A stretch of DNA of 62,732 nt, filler included, from Rhabdomonas costata (GCA_019059605.1; 29 parts of 29 records of this genome joined end to end with filler, not necessarily neighbours in it), one strand, 5' to 3'. Shown: positions 25,721-38,999, numbered from the whole stretch's first letter. The notes: generated by a model from the sequence alone, not told the origin. Numbers and translations are program-made.

Positions 25721-26216
25721 CAGAACTCGCCGGTGAGCCGGCGTCATGCTCAGTACACGGTGCATCCCCGCGGCGTAGTCTTCCTCGAAGTCCGCCAGCA
25801 GACCCACTGCTCGCGCTGAAACATCGCCCCCCACCTCAAACAGCACACCCTTGCCGCTCACACTTTGAAAAGCAGACCGATGTTTTCAGCTTACATCCGC
25901 TATCTNNNNNNNNNNNNNNNNNNNNNNNNNNNNNNNNNNNNNNNNNNNNTTAATTAATTAANNNNNNNNNNNNNNNNNNNNNNNNNNNNNNNNNNNNNNN
26001 NNNNNTTGTTGGTGTTCCAAACCCCCAAAGGTCCATCGGGTGCAGGGGTGCACAGACGTAAACCCGCATTGCACGCAAAGAACAGAACAAAGAAGCACAT
26101 GCGCCAAAGTGCAGGTGTTGCGTGCAGAACTTTCTTTGACCGAAGACATCCTTTTTTAGCATTGGCCTGTGCTGGTTAAAAAGCAGGTGCGGGCTAAAAC
26201 GCAACCCCGTGCCCAC

Positions 26217-26490
26217 CTGGCACATGTACATCGGGCCCAACCGGTCATATGCACCCTTCAGCTTTGCTCGCACGGCCATCTGTTCGGCCATCACTAGCTG
26301 GCCGCGCTCCTCCCGGGCCACCTGAGTCTGCAGGTCTGCCGCCCCCACAATGCCGCATACCCTCCGCAGGTGGTCCCTGTCGTATGCAAGTACATGGACA
26401 CAGGCCACAGCGCTACTTTTTTCGTACCTGCCTGCCAACGCATTGAACACCTCCCCGCTCGTCCTCGTTTGAATTTTCTGCTCCAAAATT
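26217..26490 (-). CDS. Probable coding exon, hypothetical protein
   Basis: Open GC3-rich frame ...RRVCGIVGAADLQTQVAREERGQLVMAEQMAVRAKLKGAYDRLGPMYMCQ ending at CAG|GTGGGC. Confidence 0.5.
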
Positions 26491-27327
26491 GCTTCTCACT
26501 TTCTCGACCGGACACGCTGTCAAAAGAAGATTACCACCGAACATGCTGCCCACGATTACCAATTACTGCCCTTCCTGGGGAACTCGATTCCAATTACTGT
26601 TGTTGTTAATTTTGCGGCTAATTTTCTGCATGGAGAGGATTCGATGACCGATTATTGAGTTTTGGTCGTCCGTTTACCACTAATTTGGACTGTCGTGCTG
26701 GATTCCCGATTATCGTGGATCCAAGAGACGTTCATTACTAATCACCACATAACGCGATTTCACTTTGACCACCGATTCAAATTTGGATCATTCAATCGAC
26801 CAGTCGATTACGAATCCAATTGCATATTGACCCTCTTACAGTTATTCAGCACATTGCCTTGCGCCTGAGCACCTCAGTGCACACGCTAATTTTGCGCGCT
26901 TCTGCGGATGACTAAATCTCCACACCAGAGGCGCTTATGAGCAAAAACCCCAGAAGCAGAAGTTTCAACACCATAGCTCTCAAGTGTCACCTCAAAAGCA
27001 GTCTCGGACAAAATTAGGATACAGAGAACAGGGTTTCTGCGATGACAAAAAAAGTTAAGCATCCGACCTTTCAGCGCCTTCCAGAGCGCAGAGCTGCTCC
27101 CGTGCACGATCTTCAGACTGCTCCTCGACAACAGACTCGTCCGGGTCTTCCTGAGGGACTGGCTGGTGTTGGCCCTGCGTGTTAGTGTTAAGGGACGAAG
27201 AAGGGACGAAGAGCTTCGAGCGCGAGGCAATCAAAAGGTTGCGAACCATTCAAAGCTGAGCCGAAAGTCCACGGTATTCACCGCTCTCAGCATAAGACAT
27301 TCCGTCCCGCCAAAAAAAAACACCCAC

Positions 27328-27828
27328 CTTAAGAAACTGCAAGTCCTTCACCTTGTTGGCGAGGCCGTCAATCTTCGGTTCCATCGCCTTGCACAGCCTG
27401 CACCATGTTGAGTGGAACTCCACCACAGTCAGGCACGACTTCTTGATGGTCTCCTCAAACTCCTCCTTTGATTTGACGTGCACGGCACGGGTGGGTCGTT
27501 GAATAAAGCTCGCAACAACCGAAGGGAACGTCTCCGCCCTAAACTTCGGTGTCTGGCGGGAGGAGAACTCCACCAGCTCAGACCCGGGAATCGTCTTATG
27601 GATCCTCCGCCCCACAGACACGGGGTGGCGATTGTCATCCTTGTCACAGATCACAAGGCAGCGATGGCGAAGGGCTGCGAGCTCTGCAACCGGGCCGTAT
27701 AGCGGCCGATCCAGAACCAACACCGCAGCGACCTCCGGAGTGGTCAACGCTGCTCGAAGGGCAACGGCGGCACCTTCAGAGACCCCCAGGAGGGCTGCCG
27801 CAGAGCCGCGCTTGAGAGCAGTGATAAC
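27328..27828 (-). CDS. Alpha/beta-hydrolase-fold domain fused to a thioredoxin domain (single exon)
   Basis: AALLGVSEGAAVALRAALTTPEVAAVLVL (GxSxG elbow) ... CLVICDKDD.. then VKSKEEFEETIKKSCLTVVEFHSTWCRLCKAMEPKIDGLANKVKDLQFLK, in one frame between AG and GT. Confidence 0.8.
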
Positions 27829-28165
27829 CTTTTAGGAAGGCATGCGCACAGGGATAAAAAACGCCGAGAAAAGACGGCAAACTCCGTGGAGGGAACGCCG
27901 AAGGAGACTGACTTCTGTTCATCTGTTCTGGAGGAGAAAAAACTTCTGACACCAAACCTGACGGCAAATTGAACAGGGCGGTGCAGTAATACTTGCTTGT
28001 CAGAAATCCGGGTTGTCCCTGTGCAACCTTCAGAGTTCTGGAACTGGGAACACCCACACCACGCANNNNNNNNNNNNNNNNNNNNNNNNNNNNNNNNNNN
28101 NNNNNNNNNTTAATTAATTAANNNNNNNNNNNNNNNNNNNNNNNNNNNNNNNNNNNNNNNNNNNN

Positions 28166-30210
28166 CCACGAATCACAGCCACCTCCTCGTCAATCTCATT
28201 TCCATCGGTGCTGGGTGCCGTGGGAGGCAAAGCGTCGGCCTGGGATTTACTGCGGGACGGCTGGTGCTCCATGGCTTTCATGTAGACCACCACAAAGCGA
28301 TTGTGCAAGGCAGGGGAGAGCATGTCAGTGTCGTTCATCGTGGCCAGCACCCAGAAGCCAGGCATAGGGGAGCGGGGTCCCGCCTCCCCAGTGTTCTCGG
28401 TAACATCCAGGGAGGGAGGCAACTCTAGGATGGAATTAAGCCGTTCCGTGACCATTGCGGGAGGCGAGCCCAAATTGTCCAGCTGAAGCCACCTTCCCTC
28501 AGAGAAGGCCTGGGCCACCGGGCCATCCACCCAGGAGAAGCCCTTCTCTCCCCCCGGCATCACGCAGCCCACGAGCTGGTCCGTGTCTGTCTCCGGAGTC
28601 AGGGTGACCCGGATCGCGGCTCGGGAGCCGACCCTGCCCCTCCACGCCGCATAGGCCAGCAGAAGCTCAGACTTGCCACTGCCAGGGGGTCCAACCACCA
28701 GAGCCGGGGTCCTGCTCTGCTCGCAGTCCTGCAGGGCGAGCCACAGCTGGTGAACCGTGGGAGTTATCACGAAGGGTCGCCCACCGGGGATGCCCAGCGC
28801 CGTGCCCTGCGGCAGAACCCCCTCCCCCGAGAGATCCAACATAAGGTAGTCCGCTTGTGGCTGAAGCTGAGGGGCCTTCAAGGGCCGTGGGGGCTCCGCG
28901 CTGCCGTTGTGCAGCCCCTTCTGGATGGCGTACTGGTGCAACACTACCGCCGCACGGGCCCGGTCCCCCGGGTGGCGGAAGGTGCCCTCGAACAGCCGCC
29001 GTGCACACCGCAGCACGCCCAGCCCGGTACGGGACGCCATCTGTGCTGCCTTGATTAGGTCCCGCAGGGTGAGCGGAAAGCCCTCCTCCAGGGGTACCTG
29101 CTGCAGCCTCTCAAAGGCGCCGACGAGCAGCTCGGCGGCCTGTTCGGGTTGCGGGGCGTGGTCGGAGCTTGGTTGGGACCCGGCTTGGCTGCGCCGCTGA
29201 AACTCCGCACTGACGATCACCCGCAGCTCGGTCGGGGGCAAGGGGTCCCAGCAGTGGACCACGAAACGGCTGAGCAGCGCAGAGCTGTGGACGAACCGGC
29301 GTCCCTCGTAGGAGCCCTTCCCGGAGGAGGGGTTTTGCGCGGCGATCAGCCGGAAGTTGGGGTGCCGCGGTAGGCTCAGGGTGCCGTCCGGGCCCACCCA
29401 CCGCACGCCAGGGGCGAAGTTCCCGGGAATGGTCAGCACCCCACGGTCAAGTGCAAGCTCAATGACTTGCAGAACCGGGTCCGGTGCGAGGTTGAACTGA
29501 AAGATGCGGGAACGATGTGTAAGCATGTGGGGAAGCAGGTTCGTGGAAGAACATTAATATTCTAACTTGGAATCAGAGTCAGAGAATCAAAGTGTGAACC
29601 TTAAATACAACCCTCACTGTAACCCTTGCTGATAACGGGATGCAAGGTCAGCTCAAAATCTCAAAAAGTCCACAATTAGGGTGCACCTCGTCAAGGAAGA
29701 CCCAGCAACCGTTGACGAAGGAATAGGCGAAGGCCCCCAGGCCAAAGCTGAACCACGGGGGGTCTCCAGGGTGGAGCACAAGCTTCCCAAGGAAGTCCTC
29801 CTTGGAGAGAGAGGCGCTCATGACAAAGCGTTTGAACGGAGCCCCAAACTGTTGCGCACAGTGCTCCACCATGGTGCTTTTACCCAATCCTGCAGATAAA
29901 AAAGCAAGAAACAAGTGCTAAGTGCCAAGTGGAACGAGATTCCTAACTCCGGGTCAGGGGGCAAAAATGGGCTTATGCTCCGTTTCGACAAGATGGGCTG
30001 CACACCGGTCGGGCTGATGATCAGCAAGGGGTGATTCTGGCGACAGGCCTCCTCGATCTCCTGAATGTGCAAGTCCACCGAGGGGGTGCGCACCAGGTTG
30101 CGCTTCCGCCGTGGGATCATCGCCGTGGTGTCTTCCACAAGGTAACGCACCGCCCACCGCGCCCCGGTGGCGTCCTGCTGGGCGCGGGACTGCAGGCTCA
30201 GGAAGTACAG
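28166..30210 (-). CDS. Midasin-like tandem dynein-related (AAA_5/MoxR-type) AAA+ ATPase, partial
   Basis: Three exons: PLLIISPT|GLGKS...WVFLDE|FNLAP...HPNFRLIAAQNP..GR...SSALLSRF. A second module reads LVVGPPGSGKS...FSWVDGPVAQAFSEGRWLQLDNL...ERLNSILE...ATMN..LSPALHNRF. Confidence 0.85.
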
Positions 30211-30410
30211 GTGGGGATGCACCCCCCCCNNNNNNNNNNNNNNNNNNNNNNNNNNNNNNNNNNNNNNNNNNNNTTAATTAATTAANNNNNNNNNNNNNNN
30301 NNNNNNNNNNNNNNNNNNNNNNNNNNNNNGGGGGTTGTGGTGCGAGTCTGCGGAGCCTGAGGGAGGGAGAGAGAGGGTTATCTGCTTTGAGAGTGTTCGG
30401 GTCGAGGACA

Positions 30411-32165
30411 ATGGCGAAGTCTCTGGATGACGTCACCGTGAAGGATGTCTTCAAGTTCATTCACACCAAGAGAAAAGCAGAAGGGGAGCCTAAGGAAGAG
30501 CTTATCCTCGCCACACCAGAGGACAAGATCGAGACCGCATCGAAGTTGATGGTACCTTTTTTTTTTTTGAAGTTCCGTTCCCGTGCATCCCACTTCCTTC
30601 GAGGCTTCGGCCCCCCAAGGCCCGGTCCCTTCTGGCCGTTCACATTTAAGAACCCAGGCCTGATTTTGCTTCACTTTTTACCATTTTTTTGTTTTCCATT
30701 TTTTGTGCTCTTTTTTCATGGCCCTCTCATTTCCTCCCAATTTGGTATGTTGAAGCGGCCTGTTAAGTGCGACTTAGCATTCGTTGAACTCCGAGTGTGG
30801 CTGTTGCGTTTCCATCGCGCATCTCAACTGAGAGACTGTTATCGATGGAGTTGCTGCCTATAAATCAGGCATCAGCGTGAAAAAATAATGCAGGTCTCTT
30901 CATATCGTTTTAGTGCCTCCTGTCAGCATGCGCACCCTTCCCTTCTCATGCGTGATACTCGAAGTGTGTTCAAAGTATCCACACGTGGATGACCAAATTC
31001 TGCGGCCTGGTACCGAAGGGGCGAAGCCTCTTACAAGAGTTCCGGGTTTCCCGATGTGGTATCATCTCTCAGGGCATCCACGGGTATCTGTCTCTGCCCA
31101 ACATCTCCAACTACGGCACCCCTCAGGAGAAGTACCACGGGATGGTTGACATGGTCAGCCGTCCCCTTCCCCCTTCCCGATGAGCTTCCTTTGTATCGTA
31201 GCCCTTCATTGTTTAAACTTTCAACTGGGGCTGCTGGTGCTCCCCACCTGTGTGTCTTCTGGGGTACTCGCACATCTTCTGTCGTCTCCCCCTTCTGTTC
31301 GTGCGAATATATATGCTTTTTTTAAAGCTCAAATTGATTTTTTTGAATCAGCGTGGAGTTCATTTTCCTTTGGTTGGTCTTTTGGTTGGGCCCTCCAAAG
31401 TTGCCCCTGTTCACCTGCCCATCCGTCACTAACATTTCCACCGAGATATTGCCCGCCATATCAGGCACACAGAGAGCAGTCGAGAACGACCCGTGCAGCA
31501 GCGATTAAAAACCAAGGCAAAAACACAGCAAAGTCAAAGCTGTTTTGGAAACTAAACAACCCCCTTCCTGCAGGGCAAGATTCCTTGGCACGACAAACTT
31601 AATGCTCTATGCTGATGCCCCGCGCTTTTCGTCCATGACGGGCTTTGCACTCCCTGGACAGTATCGGTGTTTGACACAAGTATTGCATTGCCGGAGGCGC
31701 ACTGGCGCACTTCATTTTTCAGGTGGACATTGTCAACGTAGTGATGAGTGAGCTTGGTATGCTGCTTTCTCTATCTCTCTCTCTCTCTCTCTTGAACCAC
31801 AGCGTTGTCATTTTTGTTGGAGCTAGTGCATTAATGCAGTGGGGTGGGTCCACCGTATGTTGAATTATGCTGAATTAGTGCTATTTATGGGCCCCATTCT
31901 TAGAGTGCAGGATGCACAATTGTAGGTGCTCTCATTGTTGGATATATGTGCGGGTTAGAGCGGGTTGAGGGAGCGCCCATAAATGCACTTGAAAGGTGGG
32001 GGAGGGTGCATAAATGCATTTATGCCTAAATATTCTTGTTGCTTGACTGAGCCGTCTTGATTTTTTCAATTTATCAGGTGAAGGCGCAACGATGGACGAT
32101 GGTGACATGGCTCTGGTTACCGGGATTATGGAACAACCTCTGACCTACATCCTCAATCACGCCAC
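30411..32165 (+). CDS. CBS-domain protein (SDS23/AMPK-gamma-like), N-terminal exons
   Basis: Exon 30411-30551 MAKSLDDVTVKDV...LILATPEDKIETASKLM plus exon 31073-31153 GIHGYLSLPNI......KYHGMVDM form a CBS repeat; a further exon lies near 32078-32165. Confidence 0.65.
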
Positions 32166-34654
32166 GTACCGGGTGTGCTGGAGACGCCGGCTCGCCCGTT
32201 TTCTCCGTTTCCCCCCCCCTCCTTTGAGCAATGGTGATATCTTCTGTTAGAAACCCTGAGGTACGTACTTTGCTCTGTAACCCCCTGCTGCTGTACCGGG
32301 AGGCGGATGCATTGCGGCAAGACTTCTTCTAGGGGACATATCTGCAGATGTATCGTCCTTCAGGGTTTCTAACAGAAGATACCACCACCCNNNNNNNNNN
32401 NNNNNNNNNNNNNNNNNNNNNNNNNNNNNNNNNNTTAATTAATTAANNNNNNNNNNNNNNNNNNNNNNNNNNNNNNNNNNNNNNNNNNNNTGTGGAGCTC
32501 GGGGTGACCTCGGACATAGCTCATCCTGAGGCAAGGAAGGAAACCCAAGCAGGAAGTAATGTCAGATAATCTTTCTTTTCCCCTTCTTTTCCACAAAGTG
32601 TTTTCGAAGAAAGTTTACGGCAAGGACGCCTTGAACTTGCTCAAAGCGGTGAACAACACTAGATAAAACCTAGGAACAAATTGCATTATTGCTTATCTCA
32701 GGTGACGGGGTTTAAATGTCAGCCGCCGTTTATCGTTTTTGGTAGAAAAACGTGAGGCAATCGCGACAGCGGAAGAAGATGGTGGCTGAACAGGGCAAAG
32801 TACTGCAGAGGGTAGTCACAGCCTACTGCGCACGTTCAGCAACGTTAATTGTTTCCCGCACCCCACTCCACCTGCTTCACTACCCCGCAAAATATACAGA
32901 AACAAAACCCCCTTAACCCTGGAGCAGAAATCATGACTGACATCTGGGTTGGGTTTCTTCAAACCTTCATTGTCACGCACGCTAATGCAAAAACGAAGGT
33001 TATGGCAGCCAAAAGGAAGGAAAGTTGGGAAGACTGGGACCTGTTAGTGCCCAGGTCAGCTTTGTTGCGGTCCGCGATGAACCCCACCACCCCGATCGCG
33101 TCGGCGGTTAGGAAGTGGTGAGAGCAGTTTCGTACCCCAACGCATTGCACCAGGCGGGCAGAGACCATGCCCCCATGCTCGGCGTTAAGCCAGGCAATGA
33201 AATTCCGGCTGGAGCCCAGGTTTATTGCCTGAGAGAATGCATCGTGTGAGACTAAAATTCGACCCCCCCCCCTGGTTCTTGGCGCAGAAGACCCGGCACA
33301 CACGTGGTTCTTCTCACAGCGCAAACCTCACACGGGAGCTCACCTGATAGTGCTCCGCCCAAAACACTATTGAGAAAGGCCGAGCCCGGGTCCACCGCGG
33401 AGCTACAGAGCCAAAGAGTCGCTCAGCGTCCTCTCCTCTGAGTAGAGCACTGTGGAGAGAAAAAACCGAAGAACCAAAACGTACGCCGAAGAAGGCTTGG
33501 GGTCTTTTGCTTACGCAGCCTTTGTTAGTTGACGACTGCTAACATTGAGGCATGCTTCTTGGTTACTTACCAAATTTCACCATAATGGGGGATGATGGGA
33601 ACCTGACAGGAATCCGGAAACCTGCTCTATGGGCGACGGGTGATGAAGGGAAACGAAGAGTGTGTATGTGTGTGTGTGGGGGGGGGGTAGGCTACAGGAC
33701 CTGTATTGGGGATCCGCCTGGCCGCCGGGTGACTGGATTAACAGAGGCTGCTCTCCCGCCGAAGCGATTTGATTGCCTAGCTCAGGACCGTTCACCGGGG
33801 AGTTCTCAGAACGAGTTTCGGTAACTCTGTGTGGTGCAGAAAAAAAACAGGGGCAGCAAGGACGGCGGAGTAGCCCCCTTTCAGACCTACATCAACAGTG
33901 ACACCGAAACGGTCCGAAAAGATGACCCGATTATATAACAAGCCCAACTCACGTTTCGGCTGGAAGTAGCAGCTGGTTTCAGGAGGTCACATGCAGAGAA
34001 GGCACTCCCGTAATCATTGCGGCACAACAGAAGAGCTCCACACAACAAAACAGGATATTCGACTGTGAAGGATCCGGATGCTATCCCACTTTCACACTCA
34101 TCCCCCGTGGCACAACCTGGGTGCCGGCGGGGGCTTCTCCACCCCTGGCCCCACGTACGTGAGCCCGACATAAAGGAGCACAATTAGCACCCCCAGCGCC
34201 TGCAGGCGCACCGCAAACGACCGCGCACAGCTCGCCAGAGCACCTCACGACGACATCAGTGGCAAGGCCGAAAAAGCGCACAAAAAACCACAGAGACCAA
34301 AGCAGGGATGCACTAAAAATGAAGGCATGGTTTTCCAAAAAAATGCTTTCAGACATTCCTTGAGCTGAATAATCCCAAGGAAATTTTTCTGTCCCTTCAC
34401 CTTCGGTTTGGTTTGGAAATAACTGGCGATATATCGAAAATGGACTTTGCTGTAACCTGAAGTGAATTTTCTCGTTTCGACATAGAAAGGGAGCTGGGAA
34501 GCAAACCAGAGGCAAACGCGTCCTGCCTTCTACAGCAGTGAGATATCAACAACANNNNNNNNNNNNNNNNNNNNNNNNNNNNNNNNNNNNNNNNNNNNTT
34601 AATTAATTAANNNNNNNNNNNNNNNNNNNNNNNNNNNNNNNNNNNNNNNNNNNN

Positions 34655-36719
34655 ACGACCATCAAAGAACCCTTAACCCCACCTGTCACTACGCATGCCC
34701 TCCCCACCACTTACGTGTGGTACGGTCATGCTCCGTCCTGGCGTAGCCATGCAGGAATACCCCAAGAGGTGACGGCCTTGAGGTTGTATCTAGGGGCCCC
34801 ATGACTATCGACGCAAGGAGATGGTCATGGGGTATCAGAGCATGAACGTAGCGAATAGCGGATAGTATGAGGAATGACGAGCGCAGCGAAGTCATGAAGA
34901 CGTAAAGACAGGAGCATGGGAGCGTAGCGACCATGCGACCATCATCTAGTCGTCTTGACTCTCACGACAGTAGGGAGGAGTGAGGAGTGGAAGCGCGTAG
35001 CGGTGGAACGACGAACCACTGCATTACGAACGGAGTGAGAGCGTCACCGTTAGGTGGTCTTTAAGCCCTTTCTTACTCAGCTTGACATTGAGGCTGTTCC
35101 TGCGGAGCCGTGACGGTTGAGATCAATGGCATGTCGAGAGCATCGAGGCATGACCGAGCAGTGGGTTAAGGCATCAGCGATAGAAACAACCCTCAGTCAG
35201 CGAGCCAAGCGTAGTAGGCGTAGCAGTAGAAGGTAGAAGGCACCGCAGGTAGGAACATCACCCCTCAACATCCCTTCACCTCAAGCCCCCAGAACACCAA
35301 CACCCAACATCAGGACATCTTGCGTAGGAATCAGCATAGAAATAGCGGTGGTAAGAGGAGTAAGGAGTAGCGTAAGGGTGGTGGTGGCATGATGCGTAGG
35401 GATTGGCTTTGATGGAATGGTCACGTAAATGCATCGCGTAACTCCACCACTTCCATTCACATCTAGCGTAGGAGTAGCAGGAATGCTTAGCGTAGGAGGA
35501 GTGCTGGTAGTGGAAGGGTTAGCGTCACTCTTACGCACTGTCGCTGGTGTGGTAGAAATGGCAGCTGGTTGGGTTCGCGTCACTCCACAATCCTCACTCA
35601 ACCTCTCACCATCCAAATCTGAACCCAACACACGCAACCCTCCGACTCACTCAAACCATCGACGTGCAGACACCGTAGCCATGACACAACCGTTACAACA
35701 TCCTTCGACACAATGACACCCGGAGAGCATGGTAGGTGAGAGCATGGTTGATGGAGACACGAACACAGCCTAAGACTGAGACACAGAAGGCATAGAGGCA
35801 GCAGAGGCAACATCACCAACACACAAGGTCAAGGGCACAAGGAATCAAGCGTCACACATCTGCAGAGGTTGAATCACACACCAAGCATCACCAGAAGCAG
35901 CACACCCAACGTCCAGAGCACCAACATTGCCAACACACACAACAGGAACACGAACAGCATGGGAACGCATAGCATCAGAGTGACATGGGTAAGAAGAGGA
36001 GACAGAAGCAGAGCCAGTACCGGAGACAGAAGCCGAGACACCAACAGCAGACACAGCGACCTACACAGAAGCATGCAAAGGATCAGACTGAGATGGGTAA
36101 GAAAAGACAGAGACAGAAGTCGTAGAGACAGAAGGCGTAGAGACAGCAACATCACCAGGAACCACACGACCAACAGGAATGCCAACACCACGATCAAAGC
36201 CTCGACCACCACAGCATGACTCACCAACAGCACAGCACTACACCAACGCCTTGACCACTAACAACAACAACAGGAACAACAACACACCCTACGCAAAGCA
36301 CCAACGTGAGACCAACAACAAGCACGAAGCACAGCCACATCCTACGACACAAGCACAGCACAAGAACCTAAGACACAGACTCGGCATGGTTGACTCCGAC
36401 ACACAAAGCACCACTAACGCTACGACCAACGCAACCACAACCCACGCTACCACCAACGCAACGACCACAGCCAACACCAACACCTACTGCTACACCTATC
36501 CCTACAGCCACAGACACTGCTACACCTAACCATACACCAACAGCCACACCTAATGCTACAGACGCACCTACAGACACAGAAGAAGAAGAACATACGCGCG
36601 AGGAACCCATAGCCAGACCCAATACAAGCACAAACACAAGCAAGGCGCTAGAAGATGCCAAAAGAGAACCCACCTCGCCAACCCACTCGCTACAAACGAC
36701 ACCATCAAACTCTGCAAGA
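34655..36719 (-). pseudogene. Decayed, strand-skewed, codon-structured sequence (probable TE-derived ORF relic)
   Basis: Minus strand is rich in T-ending Val/Ser/Ala/Gly codons with scattered stops and frameshifts, no splice structure, and an internal diverged duplication (35965-36009 vs 36070-36119). Confidence 0.3.
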
Positions 36720-37403
36720 NNNNNNNNNNNNNNNNNNNNNNNNNNNNNNNNNNNNNNNNNNNNTTAATTAATTAANNNNNNNNNNNNNNNNNNNNNNNNN
36801 NNNNNNNNNNNNNNNNNNNGTTTGGTAGTACTCCGGTACAAGTCCGAGTCCGGGAGCGGACAACCCATTCATGTCAGGAGTACTACCATCCCACCAAATG
36901 AGCCCCAACCCGTCACTATAGCTCGAGTTCTGAGGTCAATGTTAGTTCTCCTGTCCGGGTCCGGGTCCGGGTCCGGTCCGGGAGTGACCATGGAGGATGT
37001 CACTCAGCGAATAGGGTGAGGTTTTGGGCCAAAGTAAGTGGTCCTGCCCCGAATTTCCGATGAGGCGCCCGACGGTTGGTGAGGTTCCGTAGATCGGCTG
37101 AAGAGGCGAGATAGGCCCACATGGAAGAACCCCCAGACCAACGATAAGAGAAAGAACTGCAGGAAGAAAGTGTGAAAGAAGCGGAGAGATGGGAGAGAAG
37201 TGCCGAAAGGATTGGCCCCAACGAGAGGAGACAGCGGCGGTTGTCGGGGGGCACGGGTGCCGATCTCTTCCATCACCTGTCGCCTTTATACGGCCTCATT
37301 TTGCGAATGAGATGCGGTTTCCTTCCCTTTGACTGGAGTGGCTGATTCCTTCACTTAGCACCAGCACCCCCCTTCACTCCTCCCACCCCAACCCAAAGCC
37401 CAC

Positions 37404-37715
37404 CTGCTGATTCCGACAGCTGATCATCACGTCCACCACAACTCGCCGGACCTCCGCCCGGTCTTCCTCGCTGAGATGAGGCTCCTCGTGAATATCCCAG
37501 TGGCTGCGGGTCAAGTTCTTGAAGTAGATCGCCGCGGCTTGCCGCACCGCCCCAGAGGGGCCCCCCTCTTGCATTACCAGGTGTAGCAGCAGCTGGGCAA
37601 AACGAGGCTGGGTCCGCAGCTGTTTCAACGTGTCCTCGGCCTGCTTGCGCACCGCCTTGTCAGGGTTGAAGCTGCTCTCCAGTACCGCCGCTACGGCGTG
37701 GAGCTGGTCTGCCAT
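37404..37715 (-). CDS. CSE1: Importin-beta N-terminal domain karyopherin, most like exportin-2/CSE1, first exon
   Basis: MADQLHAVAAVLESSFNPDKAVRKQAEDTLK...VRQAAAIYFKNLTRSHWDIHEEPHLSEEDRAEVRRVVVDVMISC; GT donor. Importin-7/8 is not excluded. Confidence 0.75.
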
Positions 37716-38999
37716 TTTTGCGGCGACCGCGCGGCAACCTCCTTCTCCCCCCGAGCTCGAGGGGAAGGTAGAGCGCAAAAGAAAAAGGAAAGCAAAATGG
37801 AGAGAGGGTAGTGGACACCAAACGCCGCTATTTGGGGAAAACCCTTTGCAGAACAGGAAAAGAGGGAGAGACAGCGGGAGAATACGCGGCGGATTGGAGG
37901 AGGGGGAGGGGGGAGGATCTTGCGCTTCCTAAATTTCAGAGGGCGTTCTTCGGTTTAGTTAGGAGCAGTTGTCTGAGAGTTTTTCAGACACTGGCACGAT
38001 CACGCAGGGTTCTTCCCCTGAAACCTGAGAACAAAACTGTCAAAGATTGGGAACCAAAGGAATCAACAAGTGACAACACCTTGCAACCCTGAGGTTCACA
38101 ATTGTTGTCAAAAAACGCCTCACAGGGGTCTCGCTCTCCCGCTCTCCCAATTCCTCTGCCCCACTCTAACTCATCTCATTCTCTGCACCCTGAAGTTAAT
38201 ACACAAACAGAGAGATACCCGGATGCGCCTGCTGGACATTTGGAAACACGCGAAAGGTCAAGCATGCATCATGCTCCGGAGGCCAGTCAAAAAGAGGGAG
38301 AGAAGTTGCGCAAGAGAACCAGCAACGCAAAGCGCAACGAAGGAGACGAGAATGAAGTAAGCTTCGTCACGGATTCACAATAGGCAACGGGTGCACGGCA
38401 CCCCAGCCAAATTCCACCACAGGGCTAACGGCGCCTGCGGTGCCAGGCAACAATGGCGGCAGGGGGGGCATATGTACAAGAGGAGGCCGCTGAAATACCT
38501 GTTCCTTTCAACCAAACGAGCCCGTTAGGAAGCAGGGAACGCTCACATTTGAAAAAAGCCCTTGTACGGGAAAGGTGGGTGAGTGAGCGTCCCCAACCAC
38601 GACGTATCCACCGGTAACTCAGGCCAGGGAGACGGGCCCGGGTCAAAGGTCGGGACCGCGGCTGAGGGCTGAGCCGGTACTGGATCACCGCAGAGACGCA
38701 CACCATCTCAGGACGTCGAATGCTTCAACAGAAGGGACACTTCGCCAGCAGTTGCCCCCCGAAATCACGATGGGGAGACGGCAGCGGCGGTTGAAAAAAA
38801 AGAGCCCCTGCATCTCTTATGCTAATTACTCCCTCCTTTCCTCTTTCGCTCATTTTCCTTTTCCATTAAGTGCTTTTCTTCTTNNNNNNNNNNNNNNNNN
38901 NNNNNNNNNNNNNNNNNNNNNNNNNNNTTAATTAATTAANNNNNNNNNNNNNNNNNNNNNNNNNNNNNNNNNNNNNNNNNNNNCTCCTGATCCTTACCA

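Noticed and set aside
31878-32026. Short imperfect inverted repeats around GTGCATAAATGCATTTATGC
   Set aside because: Arms of about 14 bp, no TSD and no second copy in the window; insufficient for a MITE call.
32238-32381. 22-bp inverted repeat
   Set aside because: One arm abuts the C/A tag at the contig end; fold-back artefact.
35874-36233. Leu/Val-rich 'membrane protein' ORF and its Arg/Asp-rich antisense ORF
   Set aside because: By-product of compositional skew in a decayed region; no start context or family motifs.
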